Source: Lama guanicoe
Taxonomy: Eukaryota
Assembly (NCBI GenBank): GCA_013239625.1
Contig: MU053304.1
Span: forward strand, 1,488,001-1,552,000
Direction of reading: 5' to 3'
DNA: 64,000 nucleotides
The notes beneath the pieces were generated by a model. That model worked only from the letters and a program-made list of their open reading frames with translations, was not told the DNA's origin and made no database searches. Below, piece after piece: positions 23,791 to 36,885 of this stretch. The position numbers were made by a program, and so were the translations under genes. How positions within the stretch are numbered: the first letter of the stretch is position 1; each line of letters starts with the position of its first letter.

Positions 23791-26288
23791 GCACACCAAT
23801 GGCGGAGCAGCTGAGTGGCACCACCAACCACTTATGATGGAACCATCCCTCCAATTCCACTGCTGTAACCAACTTCTTAAAACTCAATTAACTTAGTGTG
23901 TGTAGATTTGGACTTCCTTCCTACAGCCCTTTGTTGGAGAGCCTATTAGAAGCTCTGTGTTCACGGGCAGGGAAGGGTGTGCCAAAGGGTGTGTTTCACT
24001 GGTTATGATTGGGTAGAAAGCCAACTTTTTCATCAGGTATCCCTAAAACATCATTATTTGCAAATTCTTCTTGGGCCCATTCAATTTCTCCAAAGGAAGG
24101 TTCATCCAGTCTCTCATTTGGGAAATAGAAGCCGGACTACTGGTATCTCAGGAGCAGGGCAGGTGAAAGTTGCTGGGAGGTTTCACCATTCAGTGAGCAG
24201 ACTTCCCCCCACCCTCGGCTTTCTGTCCGGAGTCACAGCCCTGCCCTCTGCTCGGCCTGCTACATGAGTCTGTACCCCTTTCTAGTTTAATTTCACTAGG
24301 AAATAAACCCCCTGAGTGGTTGGGAGATGGGCAGTTGCTTGGCTAATTGTTCTGATGCAATTGGTTTGGGGTGCAGTTTGACCATCTGGAGTTTTCAAAA
24401 ACTCCCCCGGTGATTCTAACATTCAGCCAACACTTAGAACCCCTGCCTTAAAGTAACACATCCCAAATGTCAGTAATTTGCATCCCATCTTGCTGACCAA
24501 TTATCCACTTACAATTTTCTTTAAATGAAATTGGCTCTGAATTTTTATTTCAAAAGGAAGCATCATGTCATTAGTGTAAATGAAAAGCAAGTCTACCCCT
24601 TGCCAAGACCAACCTAAATGTGTAAAAGAACAAAGCAACCCTCTCCTTGCTCCCCTCAGCCTCCTTTGTTTTACTATCTAACACTTGCTCCACCTGGAAT
24701 ATTGCATATTTTATTCTCCCCTAGAATACAGCCTCCGCCAGGAAGCACAGAGGTGCCTGTCAGCTTTGCTCAGTGCAGCACTCTGCATCACCTGCAGCGA
24801 GCCTGGCACGTGGTAAGCTCTCAATAACTACTGTTAAATAAGTGAATAAGTAAAGGAAGTCATAAATAAATACATGAAAACAATCAAGGTTATTAAATTC
24901 CAGCCAGATAAGGCTACTGGAGAGGACTGACTCTAAGCTCACAGCCTGCTCTCACCCTTAATAAATTAGAGAGAGATATTAAAGACCTTTCAACTCCTGA
25001 GACTTTCTCCTTGACTATTCAAAGGACTAAAAAGGAATTGGACATGCACGTGTTTAGGACTGATCTGTCAGCACCTAGAAACAGTGTCCAGCACCTCGGA
25101 GGAGCTCAATAATATTCTGTAATGCATGGAGGAGACTCGGGGTTGGCCATGGCTAGTCAGTGCACTGTTGAAAATCACCAGTTTTCCCACCTCAGTCTCT
25201 GGAAGATATGGCCTCAAATCATCTGACAGACAGGCCTGATACCCAAAAAGCACATCCTCCTATTTTTGGAGCCAACACAACTTCTAGGAACAAGGTATAT
25301 CCAACTTGAGTGGGGCCAAACCATTTTCATCCTTCCTATTGACAAAACTCTCTCCATGGAGATTTAAAACCATGTGAACCACATTTGATTGTGTTTGTGT
25401 GTGTTTTTCACCCCAAGTATCCTAAAGACCCCACTATGTTTCAGGTAGGTAGAACCCCCCCACCCACCAATAGTGACACATCCATGTAAAAGCTGGCCCC
25501 AACTATAACGAAGCCTGGTTAAACACATTTTATGTAGGAGCAGCCAAGTAACCAAGGTAACTCCAATCATTCAGTCTACTCACCCCAAGGGAGAAATCAC
25601 TGATAGCCAGGTTCAGGATTGAGCTATCCATTCATGACAAGGGTTTTGAATGACAGCTCCTGTGTCTGACCATCTTGGTCCCTAGGGTGCTATTCACACA
25701 ACAAATTGGGAACCAGTACATGGCTTAGGTTGACATCTTTATTTTAACATCCCTTCCCTCATATTCCACCTGATTATCTCACCCCACAGCGGGAGAGGGG
25801 CCCATAATAAAGCACTTAAAGAACATCTCTAGGGGATGCTTTTTCCTGCAATAGTCCCACTGAGCAGCTATCTCAGCGCCCAGCAGCAGGGTTGCTCTGC
25901 TGGGACCAACGAGTCTGATCCACCCGGTCCTGCTCCAGGGGCACAGGTGGGCTCACCTTCCCCAAACCACATACACAATGAGGCTCGCAAAAGAAACAGA
26001 CAGACAGAGAGAGGGCACGAGGAACCCAGAGGAATTAAGAGATGTTGAGCCTGAGCAAAGGAAACATTTTCTGGGACTGCCTAAGATCCAAAAACCAAAG
26101 GCTGGGAAACAGGAAAAGAAAAAGCAGTGAGATTAGCCACAGTTTCCTGCAACATTGTTAATGAAGGTCACCAGGGCACGGCTTGATACTATACAGAATT
26201 CAGCCCAAAAAAAATTCAGTTAGAAAATAACAGCAAACGCTCATGTCATGCTTCGTGCCAGACATTGTTCCGAGGACTTTACATACTT

Positions 26289-26710
26289 CTTTAATTCTGA
26301 ATACTTCAGGGAGCGTTTCCTGGAAACAAGGACGTTCTCTTACATAACCACAGTACAGTTTTCAAACTAAAAAATTTAACAGAGTTATAACACGATTACC
26401 TAACCTCCAGCCCGGAATCAGATTTGGTCTGCTGTCCCACTCCAACGGGTAAAAACCATCCAAGCAATATCACGTTAAGTTGTCATGTCTCTCTCTTGTC
26501 TCCTTCACTCTGGACCTTCCCTGAATCTTCATTTATCTTTCACGATGCTGACCTGGAGGAGTACAGGCCAGCTATATTTTAGAACGTCCCTTAATCCAGG
26601 TTTGTCTGATGTGGCCTCACAATTAGACGTAGGATATATATTTTTTTTGTCAAGAGTCTCGCAGAAGGGATGCTGTGTCCTCGGCGCATCACACTGAGGG
26701 GCACACAGAT
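26289..26710 (-). mobile_element. Old L1MC-type 3' fragment inserted into a MIR, with TSD
   Basis: aacaaggacgttctcttacataaccacagtacag motif; flanking direct repeat ggacttta(c/t)atactt at 26274-26288 and 26711-26725. Confidence 0.65.
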
Positions 26711-27920
26711 GGACTTTATATACTTATTTACACCTCACCACAACCCAAGGGGTAAATCTCCTCCTCCTCTTCTGTCTCTTCTTCTTCTTGTTCCCATTTT
26801 ACAGAGGATGACACTGAGATGTAGAGGTGCTACGTAACCTCATTAAGAAGTGAAAGAAGTGGTAAAAGTTGGGATTTGAATCCCGATGAAAAGGCTGCAG
26901 GGTGTATGCTCTTAACTACTAATTTATGCCGACTTTCCAAAGGCCTCTCCTGGAAGGCAGCTTTCTCTCTGAGGTGGAATGGGTTTCAGTGACACCAATA
27001 TCACTGCATTAGAAAAAGTCCCCTAATACATGTCAAGCACGGTGCCACCACAGTGCTTTACCTGCATTATCTTCTTTAATGCTTTTGATAACCCTTTGAT
27101 GTAGTTCCGTCATCATACCCACTGCAGGGTGAATGCCCAGGCTCCACGGAGCAGAGGAGAGGAGCGGGGCTTCCCGCTCAGATGTGACCTCACAACCTGG
27201 ACGCCTCGCGCTCTCTGCCCCTGGCTTCTCCCTCGCATGCTCTGATGCTTCGCAATCAGGGTTTTCATAACCGATGGTTACACAGTCCTAAGAGTTGCCT
27301 AATGCTGCCCTTTGGCCTTCTCATTACATTGAAATCACCTGATCCTCTCTTGCAGAAGAGCCAGGGTAGTCCCAGCTGGGGAACTGGCCTGGGGCTGGAA
27401 GACCCACCAGTGACAGAGAGAGCACTAGAAGTCCAATTTGTTCTCAAGGTGAAAAGAAAACTGGGGACTTGAGACACAAGGCCAAGTCAGCACGAGCAAG
27501 AGTCAAGAGGAAAGCCGAAGGTCAAGGGCAGGACAGAGCAAAGAGGTCCAAGAATGTTCCTACAACACGGCTGGAGAGCAGCTATCCACTCTGATTGCTC
27601 TCTAGATAATAGGTTTCCTAGGTTTGTCTGCCCAGCTTAAAGGGACAGGGTAAAAGTATAAGAAATTCACCAAAAATGATAGCAGGAAAGAGAGCCATCC
27701 TCCTCCTATGCAAAGTAAAAGAAACTGCCTTCTGATTCTCCCTCAAACTATCCGTACATTGTTCTTCGGTATCTTGTATTGATTTTACCAGATAACACAC
27801 TTGTCCCACACGACGAGAATGGTTCAAGTATTTCCACCCAAACTCCTTTCCTCTTAAGTTTAGGGTAGCCACATCTCATATCTTCAACTGCTTTCGTCAG
27901 AAACACTTGTTCCTACAGAT

Positions 27921-28822
27921 AGCCAGCCAATAGGCACATGAAAAGGTGCTCAATATCACTAATTATTAGAGAAATGCAAATCAAAACCACAATGAGGTAT
28001 CACCTCATACCGGTCAGGCTAGCCATCATTAAAAAGTCTACAAATCATAAATGCTGGAGAGGGTGTGGAGAAAAGGGGACCCTCCCACACTGTTGATGGA
28101 AATGTAAATTGGTGCAGCCACTATGGTGAACTGTATGGAGATTTTTTGAAAAACTAAAAATAGAGTTACCATATGACCTTGCAATCCAAACTCTAATTTG
28201 AAAAGATACACTCACCCCAATATACATAGCATCACTATTTACAATAGCCAAAACATGGAAACAACTTACATGTCCATCAACAGATGACTGGATAAAGAAG
28301 ATATGGTGTATGTATATGCAACGGAATAAAAAACTCAGCCATAAAAAAATTGAAATAATGCCATTTGCAGCAACATGGATGGACCTAGAGATGATCACAC
28401 TAAGTGAAGTAAGTCAAAGACAATATTATATGGTATCAGTTATATGTAGACTCTAAAAAAAATGATACAATATTTACAAAACAGAAATAGAAGACTTACT
28501 GTGGCTTTGATTTAGACACAGAAAACAAATTTATGGTTACTAAAGGGAAAAGTGGGAGGAAGGGGGGAGGAATAAATTAGTAGTTTGGGATTAACACATA
28601 CACACTACTATATATAAAATAGATAAACAACAAGGTCCTATTGTATAGCACAGGAAACTATATTCAATTTCTTGTAGTAACCCGTAATGGGAAAGATTTG
28701 AAAAAGAATGTATATTATATATATATAAAATATATATATAACTAAATCATTTTGCTGTACACCTGAAATTTAGTTAAATTAACTATACTTCAATGTGAAA
28801 CAAAAAAACAAAACAAAACAAA
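27921..28822 (+). mobile_element. 5'-truncated LINE-1 with degenerate TSD
   Basis: ORF2 C-terminal and 3' UTR motifs with a (caaaa)n tail; flanks agaaacacttgttcctacagat and agaaacatttgcccctgcaaat. Confidence 0.92.
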
Positions 28823-29196
28823 AGAAACATTTGCCCCTGCAAATAAAGGCACACTGAAATCATGACTGACAAGAAAAAAAATGCTAGATCTTTCTCATCC
28901 AGACTTAGTCCTATTTATTGATGATCTTCTCAAAGAATGCAATGTGGAGCTGACTTTTGTATATTAAGCATGCATGTTTGATGCTAATGATCCATTTTGG
29001 ACTCTCAGAGTATTTTTAAAATAGTAGAAGTTACAAGTGCACTCTGTTTTATGGGAAGTAAAATTTAAACCCATACCTATTAAACAGATCAGTTGATATA
29101 TAAACATATCAGTATGAGGATTCCTCTAGCCTCAGAAAGATTCACCAGGTATTTCCATTAGTGAATACCCTGAGAGCATTTAAAATAGGATTTTGT

Positions 29197-29287
29197 GGGA
29201 GAGGGAACAGTTCAGCGGTGGAGTGCATGCTTAGCATGCACAAGGTCCTGGGTTCAATCCCCAGTACCTCCATTAAAAACAAAAAAA
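29197..29287 (+). mobile_element. tRNA-derived SINE (camelid vic-1 type, short form) with TSD
   Basis: Head ...gagtgcatgcttagcatgcacaaggtcctgggttcaatccccagtacctcc; flanks ttaaaataggattttgt and ttaaaataagatttcat. Confidence 0.9.
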
Positions 29288-30044
29288 TTAAAATAAGATT
29301 TCATCTACATGAAATTTTTCAGGAAAATCAGTATTAAGCAAAGAAAAAAATCTATAGTTAAAAAAACCTATAATCATTTGCTAACTGATGTCACTGATTT
29401 CATTAAAAAACTAAAAGTATAATTTATAATATTTAGCCAAAAAATACTATATAATACAACCTCATGAACAAAGCATTACTTCTTTTAAGATAAGTGTGAG
29501 AAAATGTTTAATTTCCAAGTTAATGGGAGAAATGGTGCTTTAGACCTTCTACTCTTAAGAAAGCACATGCTGCTACATGAAGATATTGGTTATTTTTATG
29601 GGAGAGGAAAATGTAACAATCTTGGAAGATTAATGTAAAGACAGGAACATGTTGCTAATTGTACTATATAGCTCTTCACCCTTGATCTGTTCTTTGACTT
29701 TGAAGCCAAGATAAACATAAGCTTGTAACTCCCCAGGGGCAGCCTTATGTAGGTGCTTTAGGGTAAAGTCCGGGGAAATCCTAACCAGGAAGAAAATTCT
29801 AAAGTGCTAGGGATTTCTTGTATATCTTGCTTGTTATAAACACCTCTTTGGAAAAGTATATGGCTTTCTCACGCAATCCCACAAACTAGACCTGCAGCAA
29901 ATCACGAGGGCTCTGTTGCAGCATGTTCCTCAGACAGGCATGTACAAGCGGCAAGACAAAGAGGAAGGCTGGAGGGATGTACAACTGGAACATGACAACC
30001 ACGGTTTTAGGGATATTATTGCTTAAGATGAGGCTAAGGAAGGT

Positions 30045-31040
30045 ATTTATTTTTATTATAAAATATTGGCTATATTCCCTGTGCTGCACAATATATCCCT
30101 GTAGCTTACTGGTTTTATACACAGTAATTTGTACCTCTTTATCCCCTACCCCCATCTCTCCTCATCCTCTCCCCACTGGTAACCACTAGCTTGTTCTCTA
30201 TATCTATGAGTCTGTTTCCCCTTTGTTACATACATTTATTTGCTGTATTTTTTTAGATTCCACATATAAGTAATAGCATACAGTATTTCTCTTTCTCTGT
30301 ATGACTTGTTTCACTAAGCATAATACCCTCTATAATACCTTCATCTATGTTGTTACAAATGGCAAAATTTTTCTTTTTTATGGCTGAGTAATATTCCATT
30401 ATATATATTATATATATATGATATCTTTTTTATCCATTCATCTGTTGATAGACACTGTTAGGTTGCTTCCATATTTTGCCTTTTGTAAGTAATGCTGCTA
30501 TGAACATTGGGGTGCATGTATCTTTTAGAATTATTGTTTTCATTTTCTTTGGATATATACCCAGGAGTGGGAGTGCTGGATCGTATTGTAGTTCTATTTT
30601 TGGTTTTTTGAGGGACCCCCCATACTGTTTTTCCACAGTAGTTGCACCAATTTACATTCCCACCAACAGCATCCCTTTTCTTCACATCCTCACTAACATT
30701 TGTTATTTGTGTTCTTTTTGATGATAGCCATTCTGACAGAGATGAAGTGATATCTCATCGTGGCTTTGATTTGAATTTCTCTGATTGGTGATGGTGAGCA
30801 TCTTTTCAGGTGCCTGTTGGCCACCTGTATATCTTCTTTGGAAAAATGTCTATTCACATCTTCCACCCATGTTTTAGTTATTCATTTTTATGATATTGGG
30901 TTGTATGAGATGTTTATATATTTTGGACATTAAACCCCTTATCAGTCATATCATTTACAAGTATTTTTCCCATTAAGTAGGTTGTCTTTTCATTTGTCAG
31001 TTGTTCCCTTTGCTGTGCAAAAACTTTTAAGTGTAATTGG
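30045..31040 (-). mobile_element. LINE-1 3' fragment (antisense)
   Basis: ORF 30430..30636 (-) [37 protein letters not shown] is the L1 ORF2 C-terminus. Confidence 0.92.
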
Positions 31041-31199
31041 GTAGAAGGTCTTAAAATTAAAGAACAAGGTTAATTCATTCACTGTATTTGGGACTTTAGG
31101 CACATAGACACGGACTCCATTCTTAGGTTAGAACCCATCCTCAGCACTGGTTCATATATGACCCACCCTCGTCATTTTGGTGAAGGAGAGATGAGGAGT

Positions 31200-31815
31200 T
31201 TTTGTTTTCGGGTTTTGTTTTTTTGTTTTTTTTTTGGCAATTCAATGGTTCTTCATCAATTTGCACAACCATCACCAAAATCACTTTTAGAACATTTCAT
31301 CACCCCAAACAAGCCCTATACCCACTAGCACTCACTCTTTATTACCTCCCCAGCCTCCTCGGCCCTGGGTACCACTAACCTACTTTCTGTCTCTATAGAT
31401 GTATCGATTCTAGACATTTCTTATAAATGGAATCATACAATATGTGGTCTTCTGTGACTGACCTCTTTTACTTAGCATAATGTTTTCAGGACTGATTTGT
31501 GTTGTAGCATGTGTCACTACTTCATGTATTTTTATTGTTGAATAAAGTCCCATTATACAGATATATCACACTGTATTTACGCATTCATTAACTGACAGAC
31601 ACTGGAGTTGTTTCCACTTTTTGACTATTATGAATAACGCTGCGATGAACGTTTGTGTACAAGTTTTTGTGAGGACACATATTTTCATTACTCTTGGGCA
31701 TGTAACTAGGAGTGGAAGAGCTGGGCCATATGGTAATTCTATGTTTAAACTTTTGAGGAACTGCCAAAGTAAAGTATCTGAGGGTTCCAATTTCTCCACA
31801 GCCTCACCAATACAT
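31200..31815 (-). mobile_element. L1MB-type 3' fragment (antisense)
   Basis: T-rich tail; tgcacaaccatcacc...ttttagaacatttcatcacccc; ORF 31566..31799 (-) LNIELPYGPALPLL. Confidence 0.8.
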
Positions 31816-32332
31816 GTTGATCAAGTCGACATATAAAATTAACCATCACAGTCTACCTCATTAAGCTCCGAGGGGTGTGGGTGGGCTGCTTCTATATTGA
31901 GAGATGAGCAGGATGATGGCCTGGGAGAACCATGCGGTTCTAGGCCATCTTTATATCTGGACTGGCTATAAAAATGGGCCAGTCAAGGTGACTCTAAAAC
32001 CTTCAATATTCTGTGCTAGAACTTCTTCAAAAGCTGATTTTATCCCACTGTCTGCCTAGTCCACACCATTAAGACACCAAAATTCAGGCACAGATTGTCC
32101 ACATCCTTAGTTCCACCCCAGCTCCAGCGTGAAGTTATGAAACAGTTGAATGCATGATTAAAACTAAGAGGAAAGGCTGTTAGATGCAGCATTTGAATCA
32201 TTTTGCCTTCTTAAGGGACAAGGTTATTACCTGGTACAAGTCAGGTAAAGGTCTACAGCCTGGTGACCACACTTACCAATACTGTATCCTTGAAATCTGC
32301 TGAGAGATTAGATCTTCAGCAGTCTCACCGTA

Positions 32333-32354
32333 CACACACACACACACACACACA
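32333..32354. repeat. (CA)11 microsatellite within an L1 3' end
   Basis: Read directly from the sequence. Confidence 0.9.
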
Positions 32355-33159
32355 AAAGGTAACTATGTGAAATGGTAGATGTGTTAATTACCTTGATTGC
32401 GATAGTCATTTCACTATGTATATGTGTATCAAATCATCACATTGTACACTTTAAATGCATGTAATTTTGTTTGTCAATCTTACCTCAATATACATGGAGG
32501 GAAAAAAGAAAAGGAAAGCCTTCTATGGGCATTCTAGATGCAAAGTACCCATGATCCAGAGTAGAAACTTCACCGAGAGCAGATGAGAGGTTGCCTGGGG
32601 TCATGTGGGCAGAGTGAGAACTGGATTTCAAAGGGGGAAAGGAAAATTTTGGAGTTATCTGATTGAGATGATGGTTCCACAGACTTATGCTAACTCATCA
32701 AACTGTATATTTAAATATGTACAGTTGACACTACATCAATTATACCTCAATAAATCTAAAAGGTTTCAGAGGGGAAAAAACCAGACTCTCAAATCTTGCA
32801 GACCTCTCTCCAAACAAGATGGATCATCTGCACTTGAGATATTTTCCAGGAACCCAGTCTTGACTTACTATCTAAAGCCTGGTTGAAATGAGTGGTATCT
32901 GAGAAAGCCATCCCAAGGAAACACTAACCATCCATTTGTTCATGTTCTGATCAACAAAAGTATACCATTTGGACCACATAAGCCTGATGCCTCACCCAAA
33001 TGTCCTCACTAAACCACAGTTTCTCAGAATATTCTCAATTATTTTTAAATCAAGATTTGTTATAAGAAGTGGCAATGTGAAATGCATATGAATATTCTTT
33101 TTTCCATAAAAGAACAAAACAAGAAAGGAAGGAAAAAAGGAAGTAAGAAAGAAGGCAAT

Positions 33160-33670
33160 TTATGGTAGATAAAATAATGGTCCCTCAAAGACGACCACAT
33201 TCTAATCTCTGGACTCTGTGAATATGTTACCTTACATGGCAAAGGGGAATTAAATTTGCAGGTGGCGTTAAGATTGTTAATCAGCTGACCTTAAAGCAGG
33301 GAGATTATTTGGATTATCCAATAACCCAATTACCACTGGGTAGGCCCCATGTAATCCCAAGAGCCCTTAAAAGTGGAAAAAGAAGGCCAACTAGAAGAGA
33401 CAGTGACTACGAAGAAAGACACAGAATGAGGCAATGCTGCTGACTTTGAAGACAGAGGAAGTGGCCGTGAGCCAGGGCCTGAGGACACCTCTAAAAGCAT
33501 GGGCTCTCCCCTAGAGCTGTCAGAAGGAACACTCCTTTGCCACCTCCTTGATTTTAGTCCAAGAAGACCCATTTTGGACTTCTGACCCCCAGAACTATGA
33601 GATAATAAACTTGTGCTGTTTTCAGTCATTAAGTCCTTGGTAATATATTACAACAGCAATAGAGAACCAC
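33160..33670 (+). mobile_element. MLT1D-like (ERVL-MaLR) solo LTR ~600 bp upstream of the promoter
   Basis: aataatggtccctcaaagac...ctgtgaatatgttaccttacatggcaaaggggaatt...gataataaacttgtgctgtttt...ttacaacagcaatag. Confidence 0.85.
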
Positions 33671-34249
33671 CACAAAAGCCTTCAGATGAGGTAAAACAGC
33701 CCTGGCTCCATTTATTATTTACTTATATTATTTATTTATTATTATTAAAACGTTCCCTGGGCAAAGCGTTGCGTTGGGTGCACGGCTGGGAACAGAGCAG
33801 TCACGGGTGGAAGTGAAACTTGTGCCTGGCGCTATGAATGCAGGCAGCAGATGCTGGAGAAAGAGCAGGGAGAGGTACCGCCCAGGATGGGACAAAGGAG
33901 AGGGGATGTTCAGTCCTCTTTGGCCAAGAATACTGCAGGTCCGTCCACCTCTTCCAACCACAGACTGCCAGATTTTGTGGCCCAGTCTTCAGTGAGGGTT
34001 TCTCCATCACTTCTCTCCTACTTCAGAGAAACGGAGGATACGTCTATTTCCACCTGCATTTTAGGTTAGGTTTCAGTCCCTTCCCTCCAGTTGTGTGCTG
34101 AGAGCATTAGCGAACCTCAGCCAAAGCTAGAAACTACAAGCGGCCACAAGAGTGTGCACGTGAGGTGACTGCAATTTTTTTTCCTGCCAAACCAGAATTA
34201 GCCGGTATAGGAATGAACCAGCGTGAAGATTTGAAATTGCACGGATTGG

Positions 34250-35400
34250 AAGGAAGCTCAGGGTAGGTTCGGGCACCCTTTTTAAAGCCACACGGACTGA
34301 GGCCTCAAGCTCGAAGCTCCGCAGGACGGAGCTGGCCTGGCAGCGAGCGGCGGAGGCACCCGGAGCCCGCACAGCGCACAGAGCCCGGCGGAGCGCCGCG
34401 CCGCAGGTAGCCGCATCTCCAGGATGATAGGCGACATTGCAGCAAATCTCTCCGCCCAGCCGCTCCGGGGGCTCCGAGGGAAACAGCAAGTTCGAAGATC
34501 GGGGCCGGGAGCCGAGTGAGGCCGCCGCCCAGCGGGCTGCGGGCGGTGAGTATCCCGAGGCGGCGCGGCGGCGCGGGCCCGGGGATGGAACGGCGCGGGG
34601 GCATCTCGGACCGCGGGCGGCCGCTGCACCCCAGACGCTCGGGAAGCGGCGGCGCGGGCCCGGGGCAGGGTCGGGGAAGGCGGCCCGGGCGGTGGAAGGC
34701 AAGGCGGCCGCGAGGCGCGGTGGTCGCGCCCAGGCCACTAGCCGAGGGGCTGCCGAGTAGCGGGCGAGGCCACCTCGGGGCGGGCGCGCTAACGGCGGGC
34801 GGGGGCGGAGCGTGGGGACGCGCGCCTCGCTCCCACGCCGGCCAGGGCCCCGCGCGCGTCATCAAGGGCGCACGGCGCCCCTCGGAACCCCCGCCCGGCC
34901 CTGGAGGCGCGCTCTTGCCGGCGCCTAGCTTTGCTCCCCGCCTCCTCTCCCAGCTGCGGCTAGGGACTCGAGTTAGCGGTGATGGAGCGGAGAGTGGGAC
35001 ACCAGGACAGGGGCCGGGCGGCCAGGGGACTTCCGAGGGTGCGGGATGCCTCCCCGCGCAGGCTGCCGGACTGCGATCGGCCTCGCTTCCCCGCGGAGCT
35101 GGCGGGTTCTGAGCACGCCAGGATGCCGTGATGGTGGGGATTGGGGGGTGGCCTGGGGGTGCCGGGGAAGGGGGAGCACGGAATGTCCGGAAGGGGTCCG
35201 GGGGCGGCCGGCGTGACGCTCGGAGGAGGGGCGCCGAGGCCAGATCGCGCGGGGGCCAGCGCAGGGCTTGCAGATGCTGGTTCCCCATAGCGGTTCTGAT
35301 CAAGGCTCCTGAGGGAGGAGAGGAGGGACTAAAATGGGGCGAGGGAACTGGGGGCGGCCATTTCGGGGCCTGACGCCGCCAAGGCCGTTGACGGTGTTTA
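34250..35400. promoter_or_regulatory. CpG island / SLC16A14 promoter
   Basis: About 1.1 kb of very high GC and CpG density, ~6-7 kb upstream of the first coding exon. GC boxes (GGGGCGGG, GGGCGG) inside; E-box CACGTG 34157-34162, inverted CCAAT 34245-34249 and TATA-like TTTAAA 34281-34286 at or just 5' of its edge. Confidence 0.9.
34310..34545 (+). other. SLC16A14: Probable non-coding exon 1 of SLC16A14 (TSS approximate)
   Basis: Consensus donor GCG|GTGAGT at 34546 inside the CpG island. Exon 2 begins at a splice acceptor 13 nt before the ATG, so an upstream exon is required. The 5' end is inferred from the TATA-like element. Confidence 0.7.
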
Positions 35401-36684
35401 GGAGCTCAACTGTGCTTACCAACTAAGTCGTTTTCTTTCCGCGGAAAAGTTGATCCAGGCTCATTAACAAGGATGAGTGAGGGTTATTACTGGGTATTAG
35501 AAAGATTCCTTTTCCCCTTGCCTGGCGTGTGCGTGTGTGTGTTTGTTGGAGGAGGTGGATAAAATACGCTTTGGAATCCCTCAGGCTCAAGTTCAAATTT
35601 GGACTCCACCACCTGCTAGTCAGACCTAAGTTGCATTGCCCCCATTCTACAGATTGCCTCAGTTTCCTCATCTGTGAAATGGAACATTAATATCCACTGG
35701 ACAGAATTGTTGTGGAGAAGACGCCAAGCACAGTCCCCGGCCCATAGAAGGCATTTTAATGTCTAGTGCCCCCTAATACAGCGTGGACCCAGCCGGGGTT
35801 CTCCTGCGCTGTGGGCTCTGCACCAGCTCAGCTCCCCAAGTCCTTGCTCCAGCCTCTTCAGCCTGTTGGCCGTAAGTACGCCCTCTAAAGGCCCGAGATT
35901 TGCAGTGCACAACAGGTCTAGAAGCCAAATTCTGGGTGGACCCGCCATGCACTCGCATCTAATGAAGAATCTCCCGCCAACGTACTCTGCCCACCTTTGG
36001 GAAAGATTGTAGTATTACCCTTAATTTGGCTCTTTCCCCTGTACTTCTCATTTATAATGAGCTCACCACATAATCACAATGGCCAAATTCAAAATCAGTG
36101 ACTTGCTGATAAAACGTACTCTCCTAACAAGAGTTGTGGAAAATTTCATTTAGTTTTAATGTCTGAAACACACCAGCATCCCCTAAATTATTTTCATTTC
36201 TGCCAGTTACCAGGTAAATATATAGCTGACCTCCACGTCTTTGCCTGCATGTGGTACTTCATTTCCCGCGTTTACAGTTTCTCTTTCACGGTTGATGAAC
36301 TCACTTTTCCGAAGAACAGAGCTGGTCCTATAATCTTCCCATGTCCTTCCTTCAGCTTGTTCAGTGCAGGGCCCGAATGCTACGTGCAGAGCGTCCCTTC
36401 TGGGTGAGCCTAAAGTGGGTTACATTTTACACATGGATCCTTAGGGGAAACCCCACACTCACTGCTCCATTTACCCCAGTGTCCCACTCCTGTGTTGTTA
36501 TGTTACACATGTGCCAGGCTGTGGAGAAGATGGGGGAGCTTGAAGACCATATGGTGGAGAAAGACTTGGAGCCTGGGATGGAATGATCCAGAACCCCTGT
36601 CCTGGTTCTGCCTCTCCAGGTGCAGAGTAGGATCATAATGCTCAGATGATTATGTTGTATCTTATAATTATATAAATACCAACA

Positions 36685-36885
36685 TGTTAAAGCAGATAAA
36701 CAACAAGGTCCTACTGTATAGCACAGGAAACAATATTCAATGTCTTGTAATAGCTTATAATGAAAAAATACGAAAAGGAATGTGTGTGTGTGTGTGTGTG
36801 TAACTGAATCACTATGCTGTACACCAGAAACTAACACAACATTGTAAACTGACTATACTTCACTTAAAAACTAAATAAAACAAAA
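36685..36885 (+). mobile_element. Short LINE-1 3' tail containing (TG)n
   Basis: cagataaacaacaaggtcctactgtatagcacagg...gctgtacaccagaaactaacacaacattgtaaactgactatacttc. Confidence 0.85.

Noticed and set aside
34127..35373. Long ORFs over the CpG island (332 aa and 203 aa on -, 198 aa and 107 aa on +)
   Set aside because: Low-complexity Pro/Ala/Gly/Arg translations expected from stop-codon scarcity in GC-rich DNA; no recognisable domain.
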